32,000 nt of DNA from Hydrogenophaga crassostreae (GTDB lineage Bacteria > Pseudomonadota > Gammaproteobacteria > Burkholderiales > Burkholderiaceae_C): NCBI RefSeq assembly GCF_001761385.1, contig NZ_CP017476.1:2408718-2440717 (forward strand), written 5' to 3'. Shown here one piece after another: positions 23,299 through 32,000 of the stretch (positions are counted from its first letter, which is position 1; every line of letters starts with the position of its first letter). The notes under the pieces were generated by a model, which had not been told where the DNA came from, searched no databases, and worked only from the letters and a program-made list of their open reading frames with translations. A program made the position numbers and the translations under genes.

Positions 23299-23486
23299 GG
23301 TTGTGCCAATGTTCCTGAGGAGCGCCAAACGTCATTCCAGCTGCGGTCGGTCTCAGACGCTAGCGAGCTCCGTTCAGGTTGTTGTTTGGCAGAGACGGTT
23401 CCCACGCGCTACCAACAGTCAATCCTGGCAAGCCAGTTGCACTCATCGAAGGTCAGCTTCATGGCGCCGCCTTCCCAACGCCGTAG

Positions 23487-23532
23487 GCCATAAGCCATAA
23501 GCCATAAGCCATAAGCCATAAGCCATAAGCCA
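23487..23532. repeat. heptanucleotide tandem repeat (GCCATAA) x6.6
   Basis: GCCATAAGCCATAAGCCATAAGCCATAAGCCATAAGCCATAAGCCA read directly, in the 580-bp non-coding gap between the methyltransferase and the Cu-ATPase 3' end. Confidence 0.9.
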
Positions 23533-23827
23533 GCGTTCACCAAGGTGCAGCCTTGGTCGGCCGGCTGGGTCCAGATATTCGATGTTTTCGCCTGAAAGAT
23601 TGCTAGTGCCGCAACCGGTCATTCGCGGAACGAGACCACTATTGAACCGCCCCGGTGCGGCTCAGCACGACAGGTGAACTGTGCTAGGCACATCGAGGAA
23701 GCAGAATGGAAATCCGCTGCCCATCTCAAACAACGAACAAGCCAAACCTCGATGGGTTTGAAGCGCTGATCGAGGTCAAATGGGCGTGGTGTTAACAGCT
23801 GTTGCATAGGGGTCCTATTCAGAGCGA

Positions 23828-26206
23828 TCAGTGATCGCCCTCTTGATCCAGTTTTGCACCCCGCAAACGAAGTGCATTGAAGATCACCGACGCAGAGCTG
23901 AGACTCATCGCCAATGCTGCGATCAAGGGGGACAACAGCCAACCAGTGAAGGGAAACAGAACGCCTGCAGCCAAGGGCACACCCAGGGCGTTGTAGATGA
24001 ACGCAAAACCCAAGTTTTGTTTCATGTTGGCCACTGTGGCAACCGAGAGAGCGCGTGCCGTCGCGATGCCGCGCAAGTCACCCTTGACAAGGGTCAACTG
24101 AGCACTGTTCATCGCCACATCGGTTCCCGTCCCCATGGCTATACCGACATCGGCCTTGGCCAGTGCTGGCGCATCGTTGATGCCATCGCCTGCCATTGCA
24201 ACCACACGGCCTTCCTTTTGCAGCTTCTCGACCAGCGCCAGCTTGTCTGCAGGCTTGACTTCGCCATGCACTTCCTCAATGCCAAGACGTTTGCCGACAG
24301 CCTTTGCTGTGGTCAGGCCATCACCAGTGGCCATGATGATGCGAAGACCCGACTTGCGCAGAGCCGCCAGAGCGTCGGGCGTGGTCGATTTGACTGGGTC
24401 CGACACCGACAGCAGGCCAGCCAACTGGCCATCGACTGCAAGGTGCATGACGCTGGCACCTTGGCTTCGCAGTTCCTCGGCTTGTCCTTTCAATGCCGCG
24501 ACCGAAACACCGAGTTGATCCATCAACGCGGTGTTACCGAGCGACAGTGCCTTGCCGTCGACCGTGCCTCGCACGCCAATCCCGGATTCCGAGTCGAACT
24601 GCTCAGGTGTGGACAAATCCAAGCCTTGCTCGCGCGCTGCCGAAACAATGGCAGCGGCCAATGGGTGTTCGCTGCCCTGGTCCAGACTCGCGGCGAGGCG
24701 AAGCACATCAACTTCTTTGAAGCCATTGGCCGCCAAGGCCTTCTCAAACACGGGGCGCCCTTCGGTGAGCGTGCCTGTCTTGTCGACGATCAGGGTGTCG
24801 ATCTTGCGCAGGTTCTCGATGGCCGCCGCATCTCGGAACAGCACGCCACTGGTGGCGCCTTTGCCAGTTGCGACCATGATGGACATGGGTGTCGCCAAGC
24901 CCAGCGCGCAGGGACAGGCGATGATCAGCACCGCGACGGCATTGATCAGACCAAAAACCCACCCCTGCTCCGGACCGAACAGGCCCCAGGCGAAAAAGGT
25001 CAATATGGCAATGCCCACCACGGTCACCACAAAGTAACCAGCGACGACGTCGGCCATGCGCTGCATGGGAGCGCGAGACCGCTGTGCCTGAGCGACCATT
25101 TGCACAATTTGCGACAGCACGGTCGCCGAGCCTACGTGTTCCGAGCGCATCACCAGTGCACCACTGGTATTCATGGTCGCACCAATGAGCTTGTCGCCAA
25201 CGCGCTTGGTGACCGGCAACGGTTCACCCGTCAGCATGGACTCATCCAGTGCGCTGGAGCCCTCGACCACGATGCCGTCCACAGGCACCTTCTCGCCCGG
25301 CCGCACACGCAGATGGTCTCCAACGTGCACATTGGACAGAGGAACGTCCTCTTCGGTGCCATCTTCTGCGATACGGCGCGCCGTTTTGGGCGCCAGGCCG
25401 AGCAGCGACTTGATGGCTGCCGACGTTTGTGATCGCGCCTTCAATTCGAGGATCTGTCCAAACAGTGTCAGTGAAATGATGACCGCTGCAGCTTCGAAAT
25501 AGACCGCTACCGCGCCGTTGGTGACAAAAGCCGCCGGGAAGATCTGCGGCGCCAAAGTGGCCACCACGCTGTAAACAAAGGCAACACTCGTGCCGAGGCC
25601 GATCAATGTCCACATGTTGGGACTGCGGTTGACCAGCGACTGAACACCCCGCACGTAAAACGGCCATCCTGCCCATAACGCGACGGGTAGTGAAAGCACC
25701 AATTCGATCCAGGTTTGCGTGCGCGGGGCAAACCACCCCAGGCTATGACCTGCCATTGCCAACACCATGACTGCAATAGAGAAGGGCAAGGTCCACCAGA
25801 AGCGGCGTGTGAAGTCGATCAGCTCAGGATTTTCGTCATCCTCCAGCGATGGCATCACCGGTTCCAGTGTCATTCCACACTTGGGGCAACTGCCAGGGTG
25901 GTCCTGCCTGATCTCTGGGTGCATGGGGCAGGTGTAGATCGCTCCAGCAGCTTGCGGCTCCGTTCCGACAGGGGCAGGCGCGGCGCCGGCTCCGGTGTAG
26001 CGGGCAGGCTCGGCGACAAACTTTGTTTGGCACTTTTCGCTGCAGAAAAAATAGGGCTTGCCCTTGTGTTCCACGTGGTGCTCAGATTGCTTGGTCACCT
26101 TCATTCCACACACAGGATCCTTAAGGCCTTCGTCATGGCCTTGAGGCGTTACAGCACCGTGGTTGTGGCCCGCGTGGGTGTGGGCGTGGCTTGGTTTCAT
26201 GTCCAT
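23828..26206 (-). CDS. P1B-1-type Cu(I)/Ag(I)-translocating P-type ATPase (CopA/SilP-like)
   Basis: DKTGTLT phosphorylation site, TM6 [11 protein letters not shown] (CPC), TM7 IYNALGVP (YN), TM8 MSLSSASV (MxxSS), TGDG and GDGINDAP. The N-terminus has a His-rich stretch, a YHS/TRASH-like DPVCGMKV...FFCSEKC motif and a YTCPMHPEI...CPKCGM metal-binding module. Confidence 0.95.
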   Translation of the reverse strand: MDMKPSHAHTHAGHNHGAVTPQGHDEGLKDPVCGMKVTKQSEHHVEHKGKPYFFCSEKCQTKFVAEPARYTGAGAAPAPVGTEPQAAGAIYTCPMHPEIRQDHPGSCPKCGMTLEPVMPSLEDDENPELIDFTRRFWWTLPFSIAVMVLAMAGHSLGWFAPRTQTWIELVLSLPVALWAGWPFYVRGVQSLVNRSPNMWTLIGLGTSVAFVYSVVATLAPQIFPAAFVTNGAVAVYFEAAAVIISLTLFGQILELKARSQTSAAIKSLLGLAPKTARRIAEDGTEEDVPLSNVHVGDHLRVRPGEKVPVDGIVVEGSSALDESMLTGEPLPVTKRVGDKLIGATMNTSGALVMRSEHVGSATVLSQIVQMVAQAQRSRAPMQRMADVVAGYFVVTVVGIAILTFFAWGLFGPEQGWVFGLINAVAVLIIACPCALGLATPMSIMVATGKGATSGVLFRDAAAIENLRKIDTLIVDKTGTLTEGRPVFEKALAANGFKEVDVLRLAASLDQGSEHPLAAAIVSAAREQGLDLSTPEQFDSESGIGVRGTVDGKALSLGNTALMDQLGVSVAALKGQAEELRSQGASVMHLAVDGQLAGLLSVSDPVKSTTPDALAALRKSGLRIIMATGDGLTTAKAVGKRLGIEEVHGEVKPADKLALVEKLQKEGRVVAMAGDGINDAPALAKADVGIAMGTGTDVAMNSAQLTLVKGDLRGIATARALSVATVANMKQNLGFAFIYNALGVPLAAGVLFPFTGWLLSPLIAALAMSLSSASVIFNALRLRGAKLDQEGDH

Positions 26207-26212
26207 GGCTAC

Positions 26213-26458
26213 TTACTCCTCGTTCTTGTTGGAATTATTGGAATGGCCGCCATGGCCACCATGTCCGTGAAAGAAATGCATCAGTGGACAGGCCAACAGC
26301 AGCAAATAAATCCAGTTGTTGGAAAAAAGCGCCCAGTTCTCGCGCACCAGAAAGAAACTAGCCACGGCAGCGACCATCCACAAGGCAGTCTTGAACGGGC
26401 GGCTTAGCAGCGCTTTCCGCGATTGTGGGGTGGGCGTTTTGTGTTCGATCGTTGTCAT
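26213..26458 (-). CDS. DUF2933-like small membrane protein with a His-rich tail
   Basis: Two TM helices, then LLLLACPLMHFFHGHGGHGGHS. Its stop is embedded in the GAGGAG RBS of the ATPase gene. Confidence 0.65.
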   Translation of the reverse strand: MTTIEHKTPTPQSRKALLSRPFKTALWMVAAVASFFLVRENWALFSNNWIYLLLLACPLMHFFHGHGGHGGHSNNSNKNEE

Positions 26459-26578
26459 TTGGATCCGTCCTCTTCTGGTCGTTTGAGACCAATGGTTTTG
26501 GCCTTTAGTTGGAAGATAGACCCTGACATCGTGTGAAGGTCAAGCAACTTTCAGAAGCCACCACCCGTTTCATTCTTC

Positions 26579-26817
26579 TCACGCCTTGCCTGCGCTGTCG
26601 CGATCCAGCAGCGTCTTGCGCTCTTCGTACTGCGCGGTCGATATTTCACCGTTTGCCAGCCGACGGCGAAGAATTTCGTGGGGTGTCTCGCGGGGGGGCG
26701 GCGCTTCTCGCTGGGTCTCCCCCATCCGTAGAACGCGATCACGCCAACCAGCGCCACCCAGAAAATCCACCACAGACCGTGCATGCCGCCCATGAAATAG
26801 CCATCGTTGAAGTACAT
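26579..26817 (-). pseudogene. SHOCT-domain membrane protein gene interrupted by a -1 frameshift in a homopolymer
   Basis: The N-terminal TM part (MYFNDGYFMGGMHGLWWIFWVALVGVIAFYGWGRPSEKRRPP) is in the frame of ORF 26551..26817. The SHOCT part (RETPHEILRRRLANGEISTAQYEERKTLLD) is in the frame of ORF 26579..26863. The frames meet at the G7 run at 26692-26698, and one extra G would fuse them exactly. Confidence 0.65.
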
Positions 26818-26834
26818 GGGTTTGTCCCTCTAAA

Positions 26835-27287
26835 TCAGGATGCGTTGATGGAGGGAGCGGCAAGGGAATCTTTTACCCGCATCAACCGCTCACGCACCTC
26901 GTGGGCAACAGCGGCCACTTCGGGGTTGCTGGTCATCTGCAAAACGGCCACGGGGTCCATGAAGGCGACACAGAGGCGTCCGTCTGCCTCTTCGCGCACG
27001 ACCACATTGCAAGGCAGCAGCAAGCCGATGTCGGGCTCTGCCTCAAGGGCTCGGTGCGCTAGCGGCGGGTTGCAGGCGCCGAGAATCCGGTAAGGGCGAA
27101 CATCCACCCCCAGCTTGGCCTTCATGGTGGTTTGAACGTCGATCTCGGTGAGCACGCCGAAGCCTTCGCTCTTCAGCGCTTCGGTGACGCGTTCGACTGT
27201 CTTCGCGAAGCCTTTCCCTGTGATTTCACAATGAAACCCGTAAGCAGTGGCTGTCGGGGTTGAGGCTGTGGTGGGGGCGGTGCTCAT
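26835..27287 (-). CDS. DUF302-domain protein
   Basis: Internal ATG 27287, with an ATGA overlap onto the upstream small [51 protein letters not shown] is the typical DUF302 pattern. Confidence 0.75.
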   Translation of the reverse strand: MSTAPTTASTPTATAYGFHCEITGKGFAKTVERVTEALKSEGFGVLTEIDVQTTMKAKLGVDVRPYRILGACNPPLAHRALEAEPDIGLLLPCNVVVREEADGRLCVAFMDPVAVLQMTSNPEVAAVAHEVRERLMRVKDSLAAPSINAS

Positions 27288-27469
27288 GATTGGCCCTTCT
27301 GTGTGGTGGCCGACGTTTTCACCTGGGGATTGGCTTGGGGGACCTGAATCGCAATGACGCTTGCAGGCTGACGCTTGCTTTGACGATCGGTTGCAGCGAC
27401 CCAGGACAGCCATGCAAGAGCTGAGGTGGTCACAACGGAGAATGCAAAAAGAGAAAGGGCGAAGGTCAT
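27284..27469 (-). CDS. small single-TM protein (61 aa), first gene of the Cu-ATPase operon
   Basis: Strong RBS AAAAGGAG lies 7 nt upstream of ATG 27469. The stop overlaps the DUF302 start. It has a hydrophobic N-terminal helix. Confidence 0.5.
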   Translation of the reverse strand: MTFALSLFAFSVVTTSALAWLSWVAATDRQSKRQPASVIAIQVPQANPQVKTSATTQKGQS

Positions 27470-27555
27470 GTTGAGCTCCTTTTAGTGAACGGGAAGAATG
27501 TCAGTGGAACGGATCGCCGTCTGTGCGAAAGCGAACCTTCAAAGATGATTTTTCG

Positions 27556-27587
27556 AGTTTGCACGCTGTACCTGGGTACAGAGTCAA
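27556..27587 (-). promoter_or_regulatory. MerR-type promoter with a dyad operator in a long (19-20 bp) spacer
   Basis: The minus strand reads TTGACT-CTGTAC-CCAG-GTACAG-CGT-GCAAACT. The perfect dyad CTGTAC/GTACAG (27566-27581) sits between a consensus -35 and a weak -10, the same layout and GTAC-N4-GTAC core as mer operators. It lies ~90 nt upstream of the first operon gene. Confidence 0.6.
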
Positions 27588-27657
27588 GCGAAAAATGAAG
27601 GGCAGCGCTGGAGAAGGTGCGCGGCGCGGCACACCTTGCCTTACCAGCGGCCTTTGG

Positions 27658-28074
27658 CTACAACACGAGTCGCGAGTAGCAGGTGCGCAAGGGCACTTGT
27701 GGGCCTGGCGCAAGCCGGGCGGGCAGGAAATCTTCGGCTGCCGCGGCAGAGAGCTGCACAGCCCATTCGGGCGCCACCGGAGGCGACATGGCGACAAAGA
27801 TAGAGTCGACACTTGTGGATGACTTGACGATCGCGCCTGGTCCATCGTCGCAGTCTTCCAATGGCGCGCCCTTTCCATCGCCGGGGAGGCCATGGTCAAG
27901 TGGGACGAATGCGCCAACGGCCAAGAAGGCGCCATTGGTTGCCACCTGGTTGTCAGCGGCGTGACCCTGAACATGGCAAGCGGCGAACCAACCGACTCCC
28001 AAGGCGAACATCCACACCATCAACACCGTGAGTACGGTGCAGCGCTTGGTCCGGTTGATCGAAGAGTGGGTCAT
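27658..28074 (-). CDS. hypothetical membrane-anchored protein (138 aa), divergent from the MerR-family gene
   Basis: N-terminal TM helix (VLTVLMVWMFALGVGWFAA), a CHVQGH motif, and coding-like third-position G+C. No family recognised. Confidence 0.45.
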   Translation of the reverse strand: MTHSSINRTKRCTVLTVLMVWMFALGVGWFAACHVQGHAADNQVATNGAFLAVGAFVPLDHGLPGDGKGAPLEDCDDGPGAIVKSSTSVDSIFVAMSPPVAPEWAVQLSAAAAEDFLPARLAPGPQVPLRTCYSRLVL

Positions 28075-28186
28075 GCTTTCAGTTTGGGGTGCTTTGATCG
28101 ATTGTCAATTTTCAGCATGGGCATGGGTTGATCTATGTCAAACGCACTCTGGGCTGAGGTACAGGGCGCGCAGATATGCTGTGTCC

Positions 28187-28618
28187 ATGACTATCAAAAG
28201 TAATCGCAGCAAGGGAAATGATCAGGCGCTGACCATCGGGCACTTGGCCAAGGCTGCGCATGTTGGCGTTGAGACGATTCGGTACTACCAAGGTCGGGGG
28301 TTGCTTCCTGTCCCCGAGCCAATAGGCCGGATTCGGTATTACGGCCCTGAACTTGTTGACCGCATCGGTTTTATCAAGAGGTCTCAGGGCCTGGGTTTCT
28401 CGCTGAACGAGGTGACCACGCTGCTTGCTCTGGCCGACGGGCTCAACCGTCGCGCGGTGCAATCGGTGGCTGTGGCGCGTCTCGATCAGATTCACCGAAA
28501 GCTTGACGACCTCTCGCGCATGCAGAGGGCATTGGACAGTCTTCTCGAAAAATGTATAGCGACAGGGCAGGCGCACCAGTGCCCGATTATCGACGCGCTG
28601 ATGGGCACCGGTGACTGA
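28187..28618 (+). CDS. MerR-family metal-responsive transcriptional regulator (two-Cys, CueR-like chemistry on a MerR-like scaffold)
   Basis: LTIGHLAKAAHVGVETIRYYQGRGLLP...IRYYGPELVDRIGFIKRSQGLGFSLNEV closely parallels MerR. The C-terminal C-x8-C-P (CIATGQAHQCPII) is present, but the position equivalent to MerR Cys79 is Arg (ADGLNRRAV). Start at the internal ATG 28187. Confidence 0.85.
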   Translation: MTIKSNRSKGNDQALTIGHLAKAAHVGVETIRYYQGRGLLPVPEPIGRIRYYGPELVDRIGFIKRSQGLGFSLNEVTTLLALADGLNRRAVQSVAVARLDQIHRKLDDLSRMQRALDSLLEKCIATGQAHQCPIIDALMGTGD

Positions 28619-28997
28619 TACCGAATCGCTTTCATCGGTTGCCTGGTTTTCTTCAGGTAACCCAGGCGACACCACTCGGAATCTGTCTGAGTTTGCCCCC
28701 CGGCTGAGCGGTTGCTCTTGCGACACAGCGCGTTTAGGCAAATTCTTCGAATAAAGAAGAGTCATGATGGCCTTCCTTCAACCTTCAAAAGATTCGAGCG
28801 AATCGCACCGCAGAGCACCGTTTTGACGGGGGCGTGGTTGGTGCATTGTTTTCCATTTGGCAAAATTTGATCTTGGCAAGTGGAGTCTGTTCCCGTATAG
28901 GTATCAACTACAGAACCGCACGATTACAAATCTGACATGTTTGCTTTTTGACCGATCAAAAGGCGCACACTTCTTCGAAATCGAAAGGAACAGCGCC

Positions 28998-29684
28998 ATG
29001 AAGATACTAATCGCGGAAGACGAACCCAAAACGGGCAATTACCTCCGCCAAGGACTGAGCGAGGCAGGCTATGTTGCGGACCTCGTCAGCAACGGCGTCG
29101 ACGGACTACACCAGAGCATGGAAGGTGGCTACGATCTCGCCATCCTTGATGTGATGCTGCCGGGCATGGATGGTTGGCAAATAATCAGAAGTCTGAGAGC
29201 CTCGGGGTGTGATGTTCCTGTGCTGTTTTTGACAGCCAAGGACCATGTTGAAGACCGAGTAAAGGGCCTTGAGCTTGGTGCAGATGATTACTTGGTCAAG
29301 CCGTTTTCTTTCTCTGAACTGCTGGCCCGGGTTCGCACCATCCTCCGGCGCGGGAGAGCTGGGACAGAGGTCACCTTGCTTAAGGTCATGGACCTTGAGC
29401 TGGACCTGCTGCGTCGACGGGTCTCCCGTGAAGGAAAGCGCATCGACCTCACTGCCAAGGAGTTCGGGCTTTTGGAACTCTTGATGCGCCGCCACGGCGA
29501 AGTGCTTCCGCGTTCGCTCATTGCATCTCAAGTCTGGGATATGAACTTCGACAGCGATACAAACGTCATCGAAGTTGCGATCAGACGTCTCAGAGCAAAA
29601 ATTGACGACCCGTTTCAACACAAGCTTTTGCAAACCGTCAGAGGCATGGGCTACGTCATCGAGGAGCCCGAGGTGGCTGTGTGA
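28998..29684 (+). CDS. heavy-metal response regulator, OmpR family (CusR/CopR-like)
   Basis: [25 protein letters not shown]...[16 protein letters not shown]...[27 protein letters not shown], plus a winged-helix C-terminus (TVRGMGYVI). Very close to the CusR pattern. Confidence 0.95.
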   Translation: MKILIAEDEPKTGNYLRQGLSEAGYVADLVSNGVDGLHQSMEGGYDLAILDVMLPGMDGWQIIRSLRASGCDVPVLFLTAKDHVEDRVKGLELGADDYLVKPFSFSELLARVRTILRRGRAGTEVTLLKVMDLELDLLRRRVSREGKRIDLTAKEFGLLELLMRRHGEVLPRSLIASQVWDMNFDSDTNVIEVAIRRLRAKIDDPFQHKLLQTVRGMGYVIEEPEVAV

Positions 29685-31063
29685 TTGGCCGCCTGTCACT
29701 CACTGCCCGAATAGTCGTTCTTTTCACCCTGATTTCTGCATCCATCCTGTTGGGTCTGGGCTGGTTGATTTCGAATTCGGTTGAGCGCCATTTCATGGAC
29801 CTGGATCGTGCCGCACTGCAGGACAAGCTGCACCTCATTCAGGAAATCGGAGCGGAATCAACGGATCGAACCGACCTCGCGAACCGGCTTGCGGACGTGC
29901 TCCAGAGCCACAAGGACCTTGCTGCGCGCATTCAGTTGGGCAGCGATGTGATCTACGCCACACCTGATTCGGCAGCACTAGCAATGGGGGATGGAGTACG
30001 AGACGAATCCCCGGTAGAAAGCCTCATATTTTGGACGCGAAATGGGCTTAGCTACCGTGCCCTTGAGGGGGAGATGGTCGCTCCTGGAGCCTCCCCTGCG
30101 CCACTGAGCATACTCGTGGTGTTGAATACCCAGCACCATGCCCGTTACATGGTGATTTTCCAGAGAACGCTGGTGATCTATGTCTTGGTGGCGACGCTTC
30201 TCAGCGGAGTGCTGGGATGGTTCGCGGCACACAGTGGGCTTCGTCCGCTTAGAAGAATGAAGACCCAAGCACACTCTGTGAACATCAAGAATCTGGATCA
30301 ACGGATGCCGGTGGAATCGGTTCCCGTTGAGATGGCCGATTTGGCCAAAACACTCAACGAGATGTTTCAGCGCCTGCAGATTGACTTCCAGCGGCTCACC
30401 GAATTTTCTTCGGACTTAGCTCACGAGTTGCGCACGCCCATTTGTAATATGTTGACCGAGACCCAGGTTGGGCTTTCACAGAAACGCTCCGTCTCCCAAC
30501 ACGAAGAAATTTTGGCGTCCAATTCGGAGGAGCTTCAGCGCCTGACCCGTATGGTCTCGGACATGCTGTACCTTGCCACCACCGAAAACGGTATCTCACT
30601 TCCCAATCCTGAGTTCGTTGCACTAGAAAACGAAGTTTCTGCTCTATTCGATTTTTATGAGGCACTTGCAGAGGAAAAGCGCATTGCCTTGTTGCTGACA
30701 GGTGAAGGGGGCACGATAGGTGACCGGCTCATGATCCGCAGAGCCATCAGCAACTTGCTCTCCAACGCCTTGCGACACACATTCCCTAACGAGTCGATTG
30801 AAGTTTCCATCAACCAAACTGCAAATGGCGTGACTCTCAACGTGATCAATGCTGGCAGCGACATTCCAACAAACGTTCTGCCTCGACTATTTGACAGGTT
30901 TTACCGTGCTGACAGCGCCAGAGCACATCCTCAGGCGGAAGGCGCGGGCCTGGGATTGTCCATCACCCAAGCTATCATGCGCGCTCACGGGGGCGAAGCT
31001 GCCGCGAGCTCACTGGGAGGAAAGACACTTTTCAGTTTGAGATTTCCAACCGCAACGGCTTGA
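29681..31063 (+). CDS. heavy-metal sensor histidine kinase (CusS/CopS-like)
   Basis: GTGA overlap with the regulator gene (the kinase GTG start at 29681 overlaps the regulator TGA stop). Two TM helices flank a periplasmic domain. H-box [13 protein letters not shown]-box LSNALRHT, and G-boxes DRFYRAD...GAGLGLSI. Confidence 0.95.
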   Translation: MIGRLSLTARIVVLFTLISASILLGLGWLISNSVERHFMDLDRAALQDKLHLIQEIGAESTDRTDLANRLADVLQSHKDLAARIQLGSDVIYATPDSAALAMGDGVRDESPVESLIFWTRNGLSYRALEGEMVAPGASPAPLSILVVLNTQHHARYMVIFQRTLVIYVLVATLLSGVLGWFAAHSGLRPLRRMKTQAHSVNIKNLDQRMPVESVPVEMADLAKTLNEMFQRLQIDFQRLTEFSSDLAHELRTPICNMLTETQVGLSQKRSVSQHEEILASNSEELQRLTRMVSDMLYLATTENGISLPNPEFVALENEVSALFDFYEALAEEKRIALLLTGEGGTIGDRLMIRRAISNLLSNALRHTFPNESIEVSINQTANGVTLNVINAGSDIPTNVLPRLFDRFYRADSARAHPQAEGAGLGLSITQAIMRAHGGEAAASSLGGKTLFSLRFPTATA

Positions 31064-31276
31064 CCCAACGTAAGCGCATGATCACTTCTGAACCTCACCG
31101 GGGCGGTTCACCTCACTCTTGAAGGGATTGGCCTAAGCGGCAACGATTGTGCGGACTCCATCCGCGACTCTAGACAGTTTTCAACACCTGTTCGACCCGA
31201 GCAGGTGTCCTTTGAAGCGGGCGATGTCCAAGCATCTGCGACGAAGCGATACGTCGCCAAAACGGTCAGTTCAACA

Positions 31277-31588
31277 CTAGGGGTGTTGCGTTGATGCCCA
31301 TGACTTGAAAGTTGAGCTCACAGTCTTGACGCCTGGAACAGCCGCAACGATCGCGTGCACTTTTTGATAGTCGTTGGCATGTTGAAGCCAGCCGCTCAGC
31401 TGCACGTTACCGTCTTGAACTTGAACAGACACGGCAGACGATTTGGTCTCGAGGACGTCTGGTTGTTCAACTCGCTGCTGCACGAGCCTTGCTAGGTTCG
31501 CGTCCTGCCCAGCGGCATGAGCGAATCCGGCTGCCATGCTTCCTGCGAGCAATACTCCCAGCGCCATTTGTCTACTGAATAGATTCAT
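31277..31588 (-). CDS. secreted BON-domain protein (103 aa)
   Basis: Internal ATG 31588 with RBS AGGAG. Signal peptide ...GFAHA/AG. VSVQVQDGNVQLSGWLQHANDYQKVHAIVAAVPGVKTV is a BON-domain pattern. Confidence 0.65.
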   Translation of the reverse strand: MNLFSRQMALGVLLAGSMAAGFAHAAGQDANLARLVQQRVEQPDVLETKSSAVSVQVQDGNVQLSGWLQHANDYQKVHAIVAAVPGVKTVSSTFKSWASTQHP

Positions 31589-31845
31589 CTTTAGCTCCTG
31601 TGGTTCAATGATTCGGAATGGAAACTGCCGCTGTGGAAAGCAGCCTCGCAGTGGAAAAAGGGTCTCTTTGGTCTTTGGGGCAATGAAAGGCGCTGAACCA
31701 GCGTACGACCTGATTGGGCACGCCTGGGCAGGAGGTGGCCCACTTCGATGGGCGGTTATAGGCTGCGCCCCCGAGCTTCTTCCCCTGAAGGCAAGGTCGA
31801 AGCAACTCTTTCTGAGGAGGTTGAAGCTGCTTCGCCTTCGGAGCT

Positions 31846-31989
31846 TCAATTGTGGTGACCTCGGCGAATCAGTCCGGACAGTTGCGCAATTTCGTTGCCC
31901 ACTGCGGCAATTGGTTGGCCATCAATCGGGGTCAGAATTTCCCCTTGTTTGAGAAACACCGGACGACCAAATTGGTTGGCTTTGGCCAT
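31846..31989 (-). CDS. possible small ORF (47 aa), below the ORF-track cut-off
   Basis: ATG 31989 is preceded by AGGA. It translates to MAKANQFGRPVFLKQGEILTPIDGQPIAAVGNEIAQLSGLIRRGHHN*. No family recognised, and its promoter would lie outside the window. Confidence 0.25.
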   Translation of the reverse strand: MAKANQFGRPVFLKQGEILTPIDGQPIAAVGNEIAQLSGLIRRGHHN

Positions 31990-32000
31990 GCGACCATCCT

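Noticed and set aside
27556-28618. Calling the MerR-like regulator and mer-like operator a mercury-resistance (mer) operon.
   Set aside because: There are no merT/merP/merA/merB-like genes. The regulator lacks the Cys79-equivalent ligand, and the controlled operon ends in a CPC/YN/MxxSS Cu(I)/Ag(I) ATPase.
28923-28938. ATTACAAATCTGACAT upstream of the response-regulator gene as a possible CopR/CusR box.
   Set aside because: It is only a loose half-palindrome and I cannot recall the consensus precisely enough. I did not list it as a feature, and it would need footprinting.
1-32000. A search by eye for tRNA/rRNA genes, CRISPR repeat-spacer arrays, IS transposases and terminal inverted repeats, and att-type direct repeats marking the island ends.
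   Set aside because: I found none. The window appears to be internal to the element, so the integration site and ends cannot be assessed from it.

Overview
This 32-kb window looks like a slice of a G+C-rich (about 60% by eye) proteobacterial mobile island. Several backbone genes are typical of ICEclc/PAPI-1/SPI-7-type integrative conjugative elements (ICEs): a large tyrosine recombinase, a short SSB-like OB-fold protein, an SNF2 helicase, a DUF3577/STY4534-like protein and an orphan C5 DNA methyltransferase. Three blocks of cargo interrupt this backbone. (i) A head-to-head pair of giant NTPase genes that look like anti-phage/anti-MGE defence genes: a membrane-anchored KAP P-loop NTPase (991 aa) and a PHP phosphoesterase fused to an ABC/SMC-type ATPase (948 aa). 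(ii) A Ni/Co-type module: a CsoR/RcnR-family repressor with a His-tailed MFS exporter, facing a His-rich protein, a HupE/UreJ-like permease and an anchored protein, with a clear C/G-tract palindromic operator between them. (iii) A solitary TIR-domain gene with a Gly/Ser/Tyr-rich N-terminus, embedded in AT-richer non-coding DNA. The right third is a copper/silver module. It holds a P1B-1 ATPase operon (small TM protein, DUF302, frameshifted SHOCT gene, DUF2933, ATPase) behind a mer-like dyad promoter, a two-Cys MerR-family regulator, a CusRS/CopRS-type two-component system and a BON-domain protein. I recognised no rRNA, tRNA, CRISPR array or transposase. All functional calls come from reading motifs in the supplied ORF translations and the raw sequence; no database search or computation was possible.
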